This document shows positions 25,451 through 39,099 of a stretch of 64,000 nucleotides of DNA, in pieces. A program made the translations under genes and the position numbers. Every line of letters starts with the position of its first letter. Within the stretch, counting starts at the first letter, position 1. This DNA is from Selaginella moellendorffii (taxonomy: Eukaryota; Plantae; Lycopodiophyta): contig NW_003314279.1 in assembly GCF_000143415.4 (NCBI RefSeq), positions 368,336 to 432,335 on the forward strand. Direction: 5' to 3'. The notes under the pieces are model-generated. The model was given only the letters and a program-made list of their open reading frames with translations. It ran no database searches and had not been told where the DNA came from.

Positions 25451-27828
25451 ACAACACCCAACACCACTAACTTTTGTTCACAACACAGACAAGCTCATGC
25501 CATTCTCTTTCCGACCAAACTCAAAAATAATCCAACACCAAACTACTCAAGGAGCAATAGCAAGGTTTCCCAGAAAAAAAATTGAGCATTGCAACCCAAA
25601 TCTTCAATAGCAAGCCTAGACAAAATGGATTAACACTTCACCACTATCCATCCCACAACTCGCCATTTGTAAGACCATCATAATTAACATGCATCAAGAT
25701 AGGGACTTTTGATTGCATGATGTGAACACAAGCATTAAGTTAACACTTCGTTGCAAATCATCTCTCCAAAAAGAGAAGATGATTTACGTGTTTAATCCTT
25801 TGTCCCTGACGACTCTCTTTTCAGTCTCTACTTTGACTAAACCTTAAGTTTACATTTGCACTGCTTTCAGTCCAATCCAAGAAAAGTTTATAAGAGAGCA
25901 CGGCAATGACTACTTGAACCAATAGACTAATCCCTATAGTCTTGATTGATTTAGTCATAATCATGCCTAGAAAGGATCCACTAGTGCCGTGCTAAACAGC
26001 TACAGACCAACCGATTTGCCACTCATAGCAAACCCAGAGAAGGTTTACTTTCACCTATGGTACATGGAACAACTTATGGAACCACCGATATGCTATCATT
26101 AATCCTGCCAACCCAAAGTGTGACCTTGAGTTGCTAATGTGCCTCATTCATGAGCCCAAGCGCAAACTCATGCAAACGGAGCATCCCAATCCATCCTTTG
26201 AGCCCAAGAGCAAGCTCACATAATACGGTACAAAAGGTAACCAAAATCCATACCCAAGGAACAATTGTGAAGTCTTTACAACAAAATGTGTACCAATTTG
26301 GATAATCGTTTTCATCTCTACGTATGCAACAAGACTAGTTGCCCAATCTCATTGGATAGTACTCGCTGAAACTCATCCTCTAATACCAAATGTAGCGCAC
26401 GTGGTTTTGACCCTTTATCTTATGGTGATTTACCATAGGATAACACTACAAAGCAGAACCTAAACCCTCTATGTGCCAGGTGTCATATGCCATGTGTCCA
26501 TAGGACAATGGTATGAAACCCGAGGTTTGGGCCACTAAATGAAGGAATGGTGCCAAATTCCCAAGCATGGAGCCAAGGAGTGACAGAACCGGACCACAGA
26601 GCAAGTTTTAAGCATACAACCCAAAGAGCGAAGGGACAAGAGCCTAAAGCGATTTGGAACAGTCCTAGAGCAACCATTGCCAAGACTAGCACGCAAAACG
26701 GAGCCAAATAGAGTTTGGTGCTATTTTGGCATACCAATGGCCTAATGCAAGGACATGGGTACTCCACCAGCTAGCATGGAATGGAGTTTGGCTTAGACCC
26801 AAGCCAGACGTAGAACAAGGATATGCACACAAGCAAGAGCTATACTATGCTTCAAGTTGGTCGGCCATGCCCGACCTACCCACTATCCCTACTATACATT
26901 TAGAACGCCCCACAGGCCCCCCCCGCCCCGCCCCACCCTTGAGGAACACACGCTTTGGGCTTTCACCCCAAGCCTCCCTTAGTATTAGGAGTTAGTCTCT
27001 GGGACAAGCTCGAAACTTATTAAATATGGAATGTCCTTAGATTGCAAATTTGGACATAAAACAAACACCGTTGTGTTTAGGACAATCTATATATTCTGTA
27101 GATATGCCAAATGAGCAAATCTGGACACTTTCCATAAATAGCATTTGGGACCAAAATGAGATTAACACAAAGGGCATGATAGCGAAGGTGTTTAACAGAC
27201 ACGGTAAGCTATCATTTAGTGAATATTGAGGGACCAAGCTCAATATCGCAGGGGTTCTTAACACTAGCAAGTGCAAGTCAACGAATGAATTTCTCTAACC
27301 AAGTCAAGTATGCTTAACTAAATAGATACTTAGGAATTCCTTCCTTATGCTCATCTGGTTAAGCACATGCAAAGACTAGTTTCTCAATTAGTTTAGGTGG
27401 AGACTAATAATGGGTCTAGCAATACTAACCTCCTACTGTCGTGGTAGTAAGTAAAGAGTGTCCGTAAGGACTGGCCGATAGGTAACTTTTGATACCTGAA
27501 GTCACATTCACGACACTAGCCCTATGAATGGCCTTTATGCCACTTTACCTTTGCACTTAGCTTACAACCTCCATAAATCCTATTCCCAACTTAGGGACTT
27601 ATTAGCCCCGTAAATGGCCTTTATGCCACTCTACCTTTGCATTTGGCTCAAGTGCTCCATATGTCCAATCCCACAATAGATACCCAAATGTATCACTGAC
27701 ATATCCATCTGTTACATTTGCACTTGGCTCAAATGCTCCATGTGTCCAATCCCACAATAGACACCAAATGTATCACTGACATATCCACCTGTTATGTTAA
27801 AGACGTCCATTCACTTTTGTCACACAGG

Positions 27829-28381
27829 TGTAAGATCCTGAATTTAGACTTTCTAGGAAGTCATTTAGCCTAATACTATTCAAACCCAAAGACACTTAAC
27901 CCCAAATATCCCAAGACCCTTAACCAATTAGAAAAAGGGTTGCATTATTGTTCATGGGCCTTTTCCCTCTATATTTGAACCCATGGACCGTCTCTCAAGT
28001 TGTTCTCTTTGGTTGTTTACAATCCATCACGCTTCCCTACAAATTCACGCCCTTGTGAATGGAAGTTGAGAGTCGTAGCTCTTTTGAGAGCCCTGCACTT
28101 TTGACACCTTACCCTTCGGGTCAAGCCCAATTGAACCAAATTAGATCTATCAGATGTCAATCATGTGGTGCGATTCCCCTAAGCTAATTAACAGAGTCGG
28201 ACTTGAGACCTTTATGATACCAAATATAAACTCCTGAATTTGAACTTCCTAGGAGGTAGCCTAAATATCCCAAGATCCTTAACCGATTAGAAAAGGGGGT
28301 GCACTATTGTTTATGCGCCTTTTCCCTCTATATTTGAACCTTATGGACTATTTCTCAAGTCGTTCTCTTTGGTTGCTTATA
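27829..28381 (-). mobile_element. TRIM (terminal-repeat retrotransposon in miniature) inserted in the B1 LTR
   Basis: Direct repeats 27829-28021 and 28225-28381 around a ~200-bp core. PBS complement TGATACCA next to 28225. Degenerate TSD ACAGG/ATAAG. Confidence 0.75.
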
Positions 28382-30773
28382 ATAAGCAATCCAAGACCAC
28401 CTACACCACAATCCCATCTCCCAAGGATTAGACCATCCGTCCATGAATGTTTATCCCATTACCACACCTTAGCATCCTTAGGATACCTAAAGATATGAAG
28501 AACACCATTCCCCAATATGCTTTCTTTAGTCCCCACCAAGTCCCTCTTTGTCCACTAAGTTTGGGCCTAAAAGCTTGACCACTAAGTTCCATTGACTTTT
28601 GGGACTTCCTCATCACATAACCATATCCTTGGTCTCTATATAAGGGGATTGCTCATTTTCCTTTTCACACTAGAACCTTGGGATGATATTTCGAAACACC
28701 GTGGCTCTATATAAGCCTCGTGGGTACTCTCCCCACCTTCCCTCTTTAGGTGCCGTAGCAATGTGGGTAGAGAGAGGTTCTGATGAGCCACACCTAGTAT
28801 TTAAGTAGGTAATGCCACCCACACTTGGATTGGAAGCATCGATCATTCCATCTCCTGGGGGAGCTAAAACTAGCTATTAAACACTTTACCAAGCTACCTC
28901 GCTTATCTGTTTGTATTCACTATAGCTTTGGACTTTTCAATGGTTATATCATTACCCAACATGTGGGTTTATAGCCTTCTTTGGTCACACTAGCCTTTTC
29001 TAGCCAAACTAACTCCATTGGAGTCCTCCCCCTAGTATACTTTTGGAGCTCATCAAACCCCCTAGAGTTTAAAAGACAATTGCTTTGGGCTTTCACCCTC
29101 ATACTCAAACTCAGACTTAGACTCAGCCTTAGCCTTAGTCTTGCTCTCGGACTTGGACTCAGACTCCATCTTGGGTCCATCTTAGACTCATTCCTAACAC
29201 TTCTATTTGTCATGATACTTACCATGTATCAGTCCTTGTTCCTTTTAAAGACTCATTCACTGATTGCTTTATGCTTATTCCTTGAGCACTTTATTCGGGG
29301 TTTCACTCCTACTCTCAACTTTCCATGTCAGAGTTTTTGGTCTAAACATGTTACATTTGTTGGATTTCCACTTTAACCACTACAATATGGCACCCTTTCG
29401 GCTCCACTTTGGGGATTAAGAATTTTTGTTTCACAACTCCACCACCCATAGATGAAATTCGATATCATAAACCATTTTATAAAGTAACCCTATTATGGAT
29501 TACCACTTTTCATCCTTGGCACCCAATTAATACTAGTTAATGGTTTGACATCGAAAGTTCTTCATATCTTGTCCATTCTCTAAGGAGCATAATCTCTCCA
29601 ACTTAAAGACTCATTAGACCACTTATAGTGGTCCTTCCCTTTTTGTTCATTTAGTTCATGCTAAACTTGCTAGAGATATCTTCTCTATTTTAATTTTACT
29701 ACTCATTTAGGAGTAATTTTAGCTTCTACTAACATAACCATTACATTCTAGAACTTTAATATTGACATCTTGTATCAATTTCTTAATGTGTGTCCAACAC
29801 TTTACATTATATCGGTTATGCAAACCTCACTTCCCCATCTTATGAACTTTTTTACTTGAGGGCACCATCATCCTCTCTTTTATTTCATACCACCCTTGGC
29901 ACTAAGTTTCATTTATCTATAAAGTTATCTATGGCCCTATCATTTGGCTACTTTATCACTTCATTTATTTTAGACCTTTTACTTTTGCCAAATTAGAGCA
30001 TTTGGGAATCCATCTTTGGAAATATATTTCTTTTCCCATAATTCATTTGCCTCCACTACGTGAATGTTCCTTACCTAATTTGTCATTTGAATTCCTTCTA
30101 ATAATTTCCATAGATGCTCTATTTCGTTAAAGTGGGATTTATTCAGTAAAATGGGACTAGGTACAAATTTTCAAGTATTTGAAAATGACGTGAAATTATA
30201 TGTTTTTTGTCCAGGGGCTAGACATATCTGGGGCATGGTGACTAGCGCGGTGACTTTATGTCCAGACTGAGTCCATCTGGTTGTATAATAAATCTCATTG
30301 TCAAGGTGAACAAGCCGAATCTGAAGCTAAAGAAGAGCGATGGCATGCGCGCACACACTATTTGTTTGTTCATTGAGCGTGTGGTGAGCTTTCCAAGATG
30401 AACATCATTCCTATTAGCCAGACATATAACTTAATGGTGAGAACATTTAGATATTATTCAATGTTATCTTTTTCTAACGAATCTAATTGTGAAGGTGTAG
30501 CAAGAGGCATTGCTAGTCTGGAGAAGTCATTTAACTCATTTGACCCTTAGTGTATTTTCATGAAACTAAATAACATTCATATTATTAAGAAATTTCTCTA
30601 GTACCTTTTTTTTACGACATAGAGGCTTGCATTTCTTTCAAAGGTGATTTAGTAAAAGGCTTGAGGGCATATGCCATTCTATTTCTCAGACCGGTATTAA
30701 GATATACTAGTGCAAAGGGAAAAAGGTATTTGGTGATCAAGTAAATGGCATGAGGGCACACGCCATTATAAGC

Positions 30774-31133
30774 CTAAGCGCTAGTGGACACCTCCTTTTT
30801 GGTACTCTCAGCGGTACTATCATCCTTCTCCGGGTCAGTTGTTTTGCTTTGGATTGTTGTCTCTGACGTTACTGGGGCGTTCTCGATAGTTGTTAATGTT
30901 GCCGTTTGTTCAGAAAAATGATCACCTGGAGTATAGTATGGGGAGTTTGGAAGACTTATATATTCTACATCTTCACCTATCTCCTTCTCCGTCTCCTTTT
31001 CTGCCTCACTTACAGATTTTGTGCTTGCCATGAGAACGCTCTTCACCCTAAAATATGGAGTTCGTTGTGTTATAAAAGGAAACCAACACACACGCTGCAA
31101 GGGAATGATGGTACATAAAGCACGTAAGCCCAC
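30774..31133 (-). CDS. Small acidic S/T-rich ORF in the left inverted arm
   Basis: MASTKSVSEAEKETEKEIGEDVEY...; open in both arms and preceded by a TTTTAG acceptor-like site. Confidence 0.35.
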   Translation of the reverse strand: MGLRALCTIIPLQRVCWFPFITQRTPYFRVKSVLMASTKSVSEAEKETEKEIGEDVEYISLPNSPYYTPGDHFSEQTATLTTIENAPVTSETTIQSKTTDPEKDDSTAESTKKEVSTSA

Positions 31134-31353
31134 AATATGGGTTTATGTGCCATTAATATGGGCCACACGCCATATTATTAGATTTATGCACGTGTGATTG
31201 GTAAATGCATATGTCACATCATCTTTGTTTTACCTCACACACTATATCAGGCCTATATTATGCAAGGATAGAAATTCAATGCATGATTGTGGAGAGCAAT
31301 GGCATGAAGCCACATGCTAAATAACATTTTAGAGAAAGAATTAAAATAGAAAC

Positions 31354-32332
31354 ATGCAAACAGTACTGAGTGGACCAAGACTTAGAAGTGCACAATTGAA
31401 TGAGGTATTTCTAATAAATACTTCACTCACCTCATATAGGAAGCCTCTTCAGTTTCATTTCAGCATGCGTGACGGTGCTCCAGTGATGAGGTACAAGATG
31501 AGAGAATGGGACACAGTGTGGCTGCCAGTGGACAGCATTGAACTCTTCAAGAGAGATCCCATAACTGGGGAACCTATGATTCCTCAGGGTTCCCCACGGC
31601 CGATGCACCCGGATGGACTCAAAGACCAGGAAAGTATAGTGGCCAGGATTAGACAGCATATTGCCTTCTGGAAGAGGGGGTTGGTGTTTGGTGGAGAATC
31701 CTATTTTCAGAGGTGCAAGCCTTTGCTCGAATACTGGGAGAAGATTATATCTGCTATCCAAAATGGGCCGGTTGTATATGAAGAATTGGAAGAGTCCTTT
31801 TGGCCAGAACCCAGAGCACCAGATAGTAGTGGAACAATGTCCTCTGGAAATGCAGTGACAGATAACGATGTTGAGGATCACTATTGTGGGCCGAGGAACA
31901 AGAAGCCGGATTCAGCATTCAATCCAGTACAGGTCTGCAAAGGAATGGTCATGCTTGTCAAAACCAGTAATAAAAAACAAATGATATGGGTGGGGCGCTG
32001 CATCACTGATGCAGAGGAGGACGCGGAAACTAACTCCTTCAATGTAACTATGGAGTGGTTCAAGCCAAATTCCGGATATACGAAGGATTGCCTAGAAAAG
32101 AAATGGGTGCTGAATCCAAGGGATCCCAGCATGAGCATATCGGTGAATAATGTTGTGCATGGTTGGATGCGGAAGCAGAATGCCACCATCACCTTGCCAG
32201 ACCATGCAAGAGATGCAGCAAGAGCATTCATAACCCGGGTTCAAGGTGAGATTCATTAATATTCCTTTACTAAGTTTCTAATGTATTTTATTTCAAGGTG
32301 AACAATCCGAATCTGAATCAGAGGAGGCATGA
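31354..32332 (+). CDS. Core gene of the long-TIR element (probable C-terminal part of a larger protein); intron 32246-32297 and last exon to 32332
   Basis: 301-codon ORF in AT-rich surroundings, W/Y/P-rich and globular-looking. GT-AG 52-nt intron followed by EQSESESEEA*. Confidence 0.65.
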
Positions 32333-32870
32333 TGGCATGTGGCCTTACGCCATTCCTAGGTGAGATGATACAAATAACAACTATAAATTCTTAGTTGTTC
32401 TAGCAAATCTTACTTAAAGTTCAAGGTGAACAAGCCAAATATGAATTCATCGGATTGTTATAACAAATTGCGAGGTGATGGCATGAGGCGATACGCCATT
32501 TGAGAGTGGTAGCCATTCCTATATGAGGTGAGTGAAATGTTTATTAGAAATACCTCATTCAATTGTGCACTTCTAAGTCTTGGTCCACTCAGTACTGTTT
32601 GCATGTTTCTATTTTAATTCTTTCTCTAAAATGTTATTTAGCATGTGGCTTCATGCCATTGCTCTCCACAATCATGCATTGAATTTTTCTATCCTTGCAT
32701 AATACTTCTCCATATATATAGCATGTGCGCACATGTGATATGGTTCATTAGGCCTGATATAGTGTGTGAGGTAAAACAAAGATGATGTGACATATGCATT
32801 TACCAATCACACGTGCATAAATCTAATAATATGGCGTGTGGCCCATATTAATGGCACATAAACCCATATT

Positions 32871-33230
32871 GTGGGCTTACGTGCTTTATGTACCATCATT
32901 CCCTTGCAGCGTGTGTGTTGGTTTCCTTTTATAACACAACGAACTCCATATTTTAGGGTGAAGAGCGTTCTCATGGCAAGCACAAAATCTGTAAGTGAGG
33001 CAGAAAAGGAGACGGAGAAGGAGATAGGTGAAGATGTAGAATATATAAGTCTTCCAAACTCCCCGTACTATACTCCAGGTGATCATTTTTCTGAACAAAC
33101 GGCAACATTAACAACTATCGAGAACGCCCCAGTAACGTCAGAGACAACAATCCAAAGCAAAACAACTGACCCGGAGAAGGATGATAGTACTGCTGAGAGT
33201 ACCAAAAAAGAGGTGTCCACTAGCACTTAG
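32871..33230 (+). CDS. Small acidic S/T-rich ORF in the right inverted arm (copy of 30774-31133)
   Basis: Identical to the left-arm copy except for the last residue. Confidence 0.35.
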   Translation: MGLRALCTIIPLQRVCWFPFITQRTPYFRVKSVLMASTKSVSEAEKETEKEIGEDVEYISLPNSPYYTPGDHFSEQTATLTTIENAPVTSETTIQSKTTDPEKDDSTAESTKKEVSTST

Positions 33231-33889
33231 GCTTATAATGGCGTGTGCCCTCATGCCATTTACTTGATCACCAAATACCTTTTTCCCTTTGCACTAGTAT
33301 ATCTTAATACCGGTCTGAGAAATAGAATGGCATGTGCCCTCAGGCCTTTTACTAAATCACCTTTGAAAGAAATGCAAGCCTCTATGTCGTAAAAAAAAGG
33401 TACTAGAGAAATTCCTTAATAATATGAATGTTATTTAGTTTCATGAAAATACACTAAGGGTCAAATGAGTTAAATGACTTCTCCAGACTAGCAATGCCTC
33501 TTGCTACACCTTCACAATTAGATTCGTTAGAAAAAGATAACATTGAATAATATTTAAATGTTCTCACCATTAAGTTATATGTCTGGCTAATAGGAATGAC
33601 GTTCATCTTGGAAAGCTCACCACACACTCAATGAACAAACAAATAGTGTGTGCGCGCATGCCATCGCTCTTCTTTAGCTTTAGATTCGGCTTGTTCACCT
33701 TGACAATGAGATTTATTATACAACCAGATGGACTCAGTCTGGACACGAACTCACCGCGCTAGTCACCATGCCCCAGATATGTCTAGCCCTTGGACAAAAA
33801 ACATATAATTTCACGTCATTTTCAAATACTTGAAAATTTGTACCTAGTCCCATTTTACTGAATAAATCCCACTTTAAACGAAATAGAGC

Positions 33890-36062
33890 TTGATGTCACT
33901 ACTACAAAGGTTTAAGTGACTATCAAGTGCCAACTCGATTCGACAAAATGCAACATAAATGCCACACTTCACCGATAGAGATTTACAACACCTAACACCA
34001 TTAACTTTTGTTCACAACATAGACAAGCTCATGCCACTCTCTTTCCGACCAAACTCAAAACTAATCCAACACCAAGCTACTCAAGGAGCAATAGCAAGGT
34101 TCCCCAGAAAAGAATTTAGCATTGCAATCCAAGTCTTCCAATAGCAAGCCTAGACAAAATGGTTTAGCGCTTCACTGCTATCCATCTCACAACTCACCAT
34201 TTGTAAGACCATCATCTCCAACATGCATCAAGGTAGGGACTCTTGATTGCATAATGTGAATATGAGCAATGAGTCACACCTCGTTGCAAATGATCTCTCC
34301 AAGAAGAGAAGATGATTTACGTGTTTGATCCTTCGTCCCCAATGACTCTCTTTTCGGTTTCATCTTTGGCTAAACCTCAAGCTTGCTTTCGCACTGCCTT
34401 CAGTTCAATCCAAGAAAAGTTTATGAGAGAGCACGGCAATGACTACTTGAACCAATAGACTAATCCCTACAGTCTTGATTGATCCACTTGTAATCATGCC
34501 TAAGAAGGATCCACTAGTGCCATGCTAAACAGCTACGGACTAGCCTATTTGCCACTCATAGCAAACCCAGGGAAGGTTTTCTTTTACCCATAGTACAAGG
34601 AACAACTCATGGAACCACCGATAGGCTAACATTAATCCTGCCAACTCAAAGTGTAACCTCGAGTTACTAATGTGCCTCACTCACAAGCCCCAGCTCAAAC
34701 TCGTGTGAATGGAACAACTCAATGTCTCTTATGAGCCCAAGAGCAAGCTCACATTACATGGTACAACAAGGTAACCAAACCATACCCAAGGAACGATTGC
34801 GAAGCCTTTGCACCCAAGCGTATACCCACTCGGATCATCGTTTTCATCTCTGCGTATGCAACGAGACTAATTGCCCAATCTCATTGGATAGTACTCGCCG
34901 AGACTCATCCTCTGATACCAAATGTAGCGCACGTGGTTTTTACCCTTTATCCTATGGTGATTTACCATAGGATAACACCACGAAGCGGAACCTATACCAC
35001 CCTCTTTGTGCCACGTGTCGCATGCCACATGTCCATGATACGTGTCCATATGAACCCGAGGTTCAGGGCCTTGGGCCACTGAATGAAAGAACGGTGCCAA
35101 ACTCCCAAGCATGGAGCCAAGGAGTGATGGAACCGAACCATGGAGCAACTCCCGAGCATAAAGCCCAAGGAGCGAAGGGACAGAAGCCCGGAGCGACTTG
35201 GAATAGTCCTAGAGTAACCAGCATCCCAATGCGAGGACCAGCACGCAAAACGGAGCCAAACAGAGTCTGGCGCTATTTCGGCATACCAGTGGCCTAACGC
35301 GAGGACATGGGTACTCCACCAGCTAGCATGGAATGGAACTTAGGCTTAGACCCAAGCCGGACGCAGAACAAGGACAGGCACGCAAGCGGGAGCTAGAATA
35401 TGCCTCAGGTTGGTCGGCCATGCCCGACCTAGCCACTATCCCTACTATACATTTGGAACCCCCCATAGCCCCCCGCCCCCCCTTGAGGAACACACGCTTT
35501 GGGCTTTCACCCCAAGCCTACCCTTAGTACCAGGAGTTAGTCTCTGGGACAAGCTTGAAACTTACTAAATATGGAATGGTGCTAGATTGCGAATTTGGAC
35601 ACGGGACGAACACTATTGTGTTCAGGCTGATCTCTACATTCCGTAGATATGCCAAATAAGCAGATCTAGACACTTTCCATAAATAGCATTTGGAACCAAA
35701 ATGAGACTAACACAAAGGGTATGATAGCGAGGGTGTTTGGCAGACACGGTAAGCTATCATCCAGTGATATTGAGGGACCAATCTCAATACGCGAGGGTTC
35801 TTGTCACTAGCCAGTGCAAAACATAACGAGACGGGAACTCCTTACCGGGCTAAGTATGCTTAGCTAATAACACGTAGGAATTCCGTCCTTATGCTCGTCC
35901 GGTCTAAGTATACTCGAAATGCCCAGTTAACTCCACTAGCACAAAAGGGATTGATAAAGGGTCCAGCAATACCGACCTCCTACCATCGTGGCAGTAAAGT
36001 AAGAGTGTCCGTAAGGACTAGTCGACAGGTAACTTTCGATACCCGAAGTCACATTCGCGACA
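33890..36062 (-). mobile_element. Truncated family-C element (C2): 5' LTR 34923-36062 plus ~1 kb of internal sequence
   Basis: LTR similar to 26391-27515. Perfect TGGTATCAGAG PBS. Internal part matches 22820-22917 + 25456-26390. Confidence 0.85.
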
Positions 36063-36151
36063 ATGCCTTCCAATTTAGACTATGCCATGCCCATTTCCAT
36101 TAGGATTCCTTTGGCAAAAGGTTCTCATAAACCCTAACTTGACCTCAAGGC

Positions 36152-37309
36152 TGTAAGCCACAAATTTTTCCTTTCCAATTCGCTAGCTTACCTCGTCTAT
36201 CCGTCCAACACTACCTTGGCTTTTGCTAAGTTCCCTTGCCAAGGTTCTCGCCTATGGTGGTTTCAGCTACTCACTGCACGAGCAACGAAGTGTTAGCCAT
36301 CCATCCACGGATTCCCAAATCACTCCCAATCCCCCTCCCCGGGTTAGACTGGACTTAAGGTTTGGCTACACTCCCCGCAAGCACAAGCAGCCAAGCACAC
36401 CAAGCTTCCAGGTTCCTAACATCCCTTGGTACCACAAGACTTGATCATGGGACCCTCTAAATCCCAAGTCTTGAGTGCAACACTTGCTTCGGGACGTGGA
36501 CTTGATCATGGGACCCTCTAAATCCCAAGTCTTGGGTGCAACACCGTGGCCTAGCAGCCCGGTATGGGTACCTCTACCCCCCCTCTTCCATCCCGAAGGA
36601 AGGCCCAAGCCCCTAGGAAGGGCGAGGACCAATGAGCCGCATGGTACTCAAGTGGGGCACCACTCCACATGAGCCGGGAGCACCGCAATCGGTTTCCCTT
36701 TCGGGAGTGGGAGCTGCTTTTGAGCACTCCTTGGATGGCCCCACCGGCACCAACCAAGTCCATGTTCACTCCCACCCAAGGCCCCTTGATCCCAGTCTCA
36801 ACCTCAAGTCGGTTTGGGAGCCCCACTGGAGAGTCCCTCCAAAACTGGTTCCTGGACCTCACTATCCCTACTATACTTTTGGAACCCCCTGCAGCCCCCC
36901 CCCCCCCCTGGGAGACGCACGCTTTGGGCTTTCACCCCTTGACCCGTATTAGTATTTGGACTTAGTCTCTGGCTCGATCTCGGACTCGATTTCGGATCCG
37001 ACTTCGGATTCGGTTTCGGACTCGATCTCGGACTCAATCTCGGACCCGATCTCGGACTCGACCTCGGACTCGGTCTCGGACCCGATTTCGGATCTCGGAC
37101 TCCGTCTCGAACTCGGTCTCGAACTCGGACTCAAACTCGGTCCCCGAGTCGGTCTCGGACTCGATTCCGGACTCTATCTCGAACTCGGTCCTAGAGTCGG
37201 TTTTGGACTCGATCTTTGACTTGGTCCCATCCGATGAACTCTTTGTCATTTTGGTCATGCTTTCGGGGTTCCTTTAGCCTATGACACCTCGGTGAGTTGG
37301 TTTCTTACA
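36152..37309 (-). mobile_element. Solo LTR of family A
   Basis: TG...CA ends, TSD AAGGC at 36147-36151 and 37310-37314, no internal region. Confidence 0.93.
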
Positions 37310-39099
37310 AAGGCATCACACTTTGGTAGATTTGATGTCTCCACACCATCGCCTCTACAAACCTACCCTTTCGACACCTCCCACTTGTGTTTAGGTTTTT
37401 GCCAAGATAATAGTAGTTGTTTCTCATATCAACTATTAATTAGCACTGCATCATGGTGTTCGTACATAAACTCTGCATGAAAGTTTTTTTCTTGGAACAC
37501 CTCTCCCACGACTTTAATATAGCACCTTCTGCTATCAATGAGATACCTATTATTCTCATACTTGGATCTTATGATCCTTAAAAATTCTCTTCCTTTTAAT
37601 AAGGTGAAATCAGGGTACAACACACCTCAGTCTAAATGTTTCCGCCAATCATTTAGGACCATTCCTTGACTCCACTTCAGTTGTCCAACTTTTGGATTTT
37701 GCTAATTTAATGATTCGTAAAGTCCTAATTTTGAGGTGCCAACTCACTAGAATACAACTTCTTGTATTCATATCCTACTTATAAGGACCATCTTTAAGTG
37801 TTACTCTGACACTTGATTATTTTTTATTTAATTTAATGTGGGCAACCTTTGCTCCTTAAAATTATTTGTCCATATGATGAAAATACTGACTCATCCTCTA
37901 AGTACATTCCCAACTCCATGGGTTGTTCCAATGTTTATTAAAAGTGACCCTAGTTACCATTTCAAAGACCTATGTCCTTTTCTGTATTTGACTTCCTATA
38001 ATCATTAATTTTTATCTTAAATTCATGAGCACCATCCTCAACTATATAAGGATATTCTTATGACTCCTTTATTGTTTTGGAGTCTTTGTCCTTCCTGTGA
38101 TTGTAACTATAGTTGTTTACTACAACTATATAAACTAATTTTCTAAGTCAAACTCTTATTTGGATCACATCCTTAACTCTATGAGGAAAATGTTATATTG
38201 TTCTAAAGATCCCAAAGTTGTTCACTTATTGGCCCTTTTCTATCCATCACATTGCCTACATGTTCGCATATAAACTAAACTGGATAGTCATGCCTTCTCG
38301 ACATGCTACTCCTCAAGGATAGTCACACTTCTGGGACATCCTGATGCTAATACAAGTGGTGATATACTTAACCACTAATAAAAGTTAGACTATAGAATAG
38401 CTTTGATACCAATTATAAATGACTAAATTTTCCATTCTACTTTAGTCATTTAACCACACTTTCAATCACTTAAAGGTGTCTCACTTACAATCTCTATGAG
38501 TCTTATTTATAACTTAAAGACTTACTAACCCTGTGAATGGCATTTATGCCACTCTACCTTTGCACTTGGCCCAAGTGCTCCATATGTCCGATCCCACAAC
38601 AGACACCCAAAGATATCATTGACATATTCGCTCCTTACGTTAAAGCCATGTCCATTCATCTTTGTCACACAAGTAGTCTAAGACCATATACACCACAGTC
38701 CCATCTCCTAAGGACTAAACCATCCGTTCATGAGTTGTTATTCCATAACCACACCTTACCATCCTTAGGACTCTTCAATGGTTATATCATTACTCAACAC
38801 GTGGGTATAGCCTTCTTTGGTCACATTGGCCTTTCCAAACCAAACTGGCTCCATTGGAATCTTCCCCCTACTATACTTTTGGAGCTCAGTAAACCCTCTA
38901 GGGTCTGGGAGATGATTGCTTTAGGCTTTCACCCTCAGACTTGGACTCAAACTCAGACTCAGCCTTGGTCTCGGTCTCGGTCTCGAACTCGAACTCAAAA
39001 TTAAACTCAACCTTGGCCTCGGTCTCGGTCTCGGAGTCAGACTTGGACTCAACCTCGGACTCCTTAAGTCCATCTCGGACTCTATCTCAGATAAGCTTG

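Larger units (their letters stand above)
10316..27515 (-). mobile_element. Family-C LTR element (C1) with no intact ORF; LTRs 10316-11464 and 26391-27515
   Basis: TG...CA LTRs of ~1.13-1.15 kb. TSD CTAGC at 10311-10315 and 27516-27520. PPT AGGGGGGGAGAG next to 11465; tRNA-iMet-type PBS (TGGTATTAGAG) next to 26390. Confidence 0.9.
30116..33889. mobile_element. Foldback / long-TIR DNA-transposon-like element; arms 30116-31442 and 32516-33889
   Basis: The arms are near-perfect reverse complements (GCTCTATTTCG...CGAAATAGAGC), with a ~50-bp indel in the right arm and a unique ~1.07-kb core. Confidence 0.85.
10200..39090 (-). mobile_element. Old family-B non-autonomous LTR element (B1), heavily interrupted: 3' LTR 10200-10315 + 27521-29435; truncated 5' LTR 38414-~39090
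   Basis: Similar to the intact B2 LTRs and internal region. PPT complement ACTCCACCACCCAT after 29435; PBS complement (GATACCA) before 38414. Confidence 0.75.

Noticed and set aside
27521-27795. Short tandem duplications in the B1 LTR (also 36438-36544 in the solo A LTR)
   Set aside because: Ordinary slippage in decaying LTRs.
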